Shown: piece by piece, positions 32,135 to 33,131 of the stretch | Layout of the letters: every line of letters begins with the position of its first letter | Position numbering within the stretch: position 1 is the first letter of the stretch | Assembly (NCBI GenBank): GCA_013265495.1 | Contig: MU058244.1 | Coordinates: forward strand, 312,001 to 345,131 | DNA: 33,131 bases | Origin: Vicugna vicugna | Taxonomy: Eukaryota | Reading direction: 5' to 3' | Made by a program: the position numbers and the translations under genes | Notes under the pieces: generated by a model | What the model was told of the DNA's origin: nothing | What the model saw: only the letters and a program-made list of their open reading frames with translations | The model's database searches: none

Positions 32135-32518
32135 GTTCAAGAACTTGTGTGCCTACTTTAAGCATGGGAGATGCCCAGGAAATCGAGTAATTCCCTGAAA
32201 TGGCCAAGACATCACCTGAAATACCATCTTTCTCTAATACCAAAAGAAAGGAAGTTTATGTTCATCGTATAGATTTAAATCTTAGCCTTTTCTATTGATA
32301 AGTTTTTTTGAGATTTAGTCTTTCTTTTATTCCTGGTACAGAAAGGGAGATTACTTTTCAAATGTAGATTTCCCTTATAAATGTAAATTTGCCTCACAAA
32401 AGGCAATTTTGAATCGGGTTTCATAGAGTCTTATGGGTCTTATTTTTTAAGAAATCTGCCCAATGTAATCTTCATGCCAAAGAGGTATATTTTAGGGTGT
32501 CATTTGCCCTCTTTCACA
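32135..32518 (-). mobile_element. ERV1 LTR fragment (MER34-like)
   Basis: CATGGGAGAT.CCCAGGAAA..GAGTAA.TCCCTGAAATGGCC..TTTCCCTTATAAATGTAAAT..TAATCTTCATGCCAAAGAGG.ATATTTT.GGGTG.CA. Confidence 0.65.
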
Positions 32519-32519
32519 T

Positions 32520-33131
32520 GGGTGTACCCCAACTTGCTTATATATTCATGCATGGAAGGACATCCTCATATTTTAGTTTTAAGCCATTATGAGTAGAGTT
32601 GCTGTGCATAATTGCATGCTAGTTTTTGTTTGGACACTTTTTCAAAGCAATTGTCTAAATACTAGAGGTGCAGTGTTGGATAATGTCACTTTTTTGGAGT
32701 TCAGTGGTTCTAATGAGTGTGCAGTGTTATATCATTGTTGTTATAATTTGCAATTTCCTACTGGTATATGATTTTTGAGAACATTTTTATATGCGTATTT
32801 ACTATCTGTGTGTTTTCTTTGGAGAGGTGTTTGTTAAGATCTTTACCTATGTTTATTGGGGTTGTTTGTTGTAAAGTTCTTGGTGTAATTTTAGTCCAAA
32901 TCCATAATCAGTTTTGTGTTTTGTAAATTAATGCTTCTCAGTATGTGTCTTGTGTTTAGGTTTTCTGAATAAGGTCATTAACAGAGTTTAAATTTTAAAT
33001 TTTTTAAAAATTCTATGATATAAATTTTACTTCTGTGGATAGACTTGGGGATTTTTCTAAAAGTTCATCTCCTAGACAAGGTTATGTAGATTTTCTTACA
33101 TGTTTTCTTTTAGAATAATTCCAGATGTGCA
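32520..33131 (-). mobile_element. Old L1 fragment running off the window, paralogous to 29560-30200
   Basis: It shares TAAGCCATTATGA.TAGA..CTGTGCAT..TAGTTTTTGTTTG.ACA.TTTTCAAAG..TTGTCTAAAT with 29583-29662, plus standard antisense L1 motifs. Confidence 0.8.

Overview
Mammalian genomic DNA, most likely camelid (inferred from Vic-1-type tRNA-derived SINEs). It is repeat-rich, with two assembly gaps and no intact, recognisable protein-coding gene. From left to right: (1) an intronless, frameshifted NMNAT2 retrocopy on the minus strand (CDS 4588-3670) with UTRs and a (GAAA)n microsatellite; (2) a ~600-bp degenerate interstitial (TTAGGG)n array fused to a 5'-truncated Tigger1; (3) an AT-rich ~5.6-kb block carrying unidentified minus-strand exon candidates; (4) old L1 and a second degenerate telomeric array, whose flank shares a 53-bp inverted element with the first array's flank; (5) a decayed PAIP1 retrocopy nested inside an MLT1 (MaLR) provirus; (6) several solo ERV1 LTRs; (7) an old tandem duplication (~6.3-kb offset) of a module made of a CpG-island promoter, splice donor, L1 and a small exon, in which one copy keeps its CpGs and the other has lost them. 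The layout resembles a subtelomeric or pericentromeric mosaic of duplications. I see no convincing novel protein-coding system. The best leads are the duplicated promoter/exon module, the telomere-array junctions and the orphan exons. All family names come from recalled consensus sequences, not database searches, and repeat boundaries are approximate unless a TSD is given.
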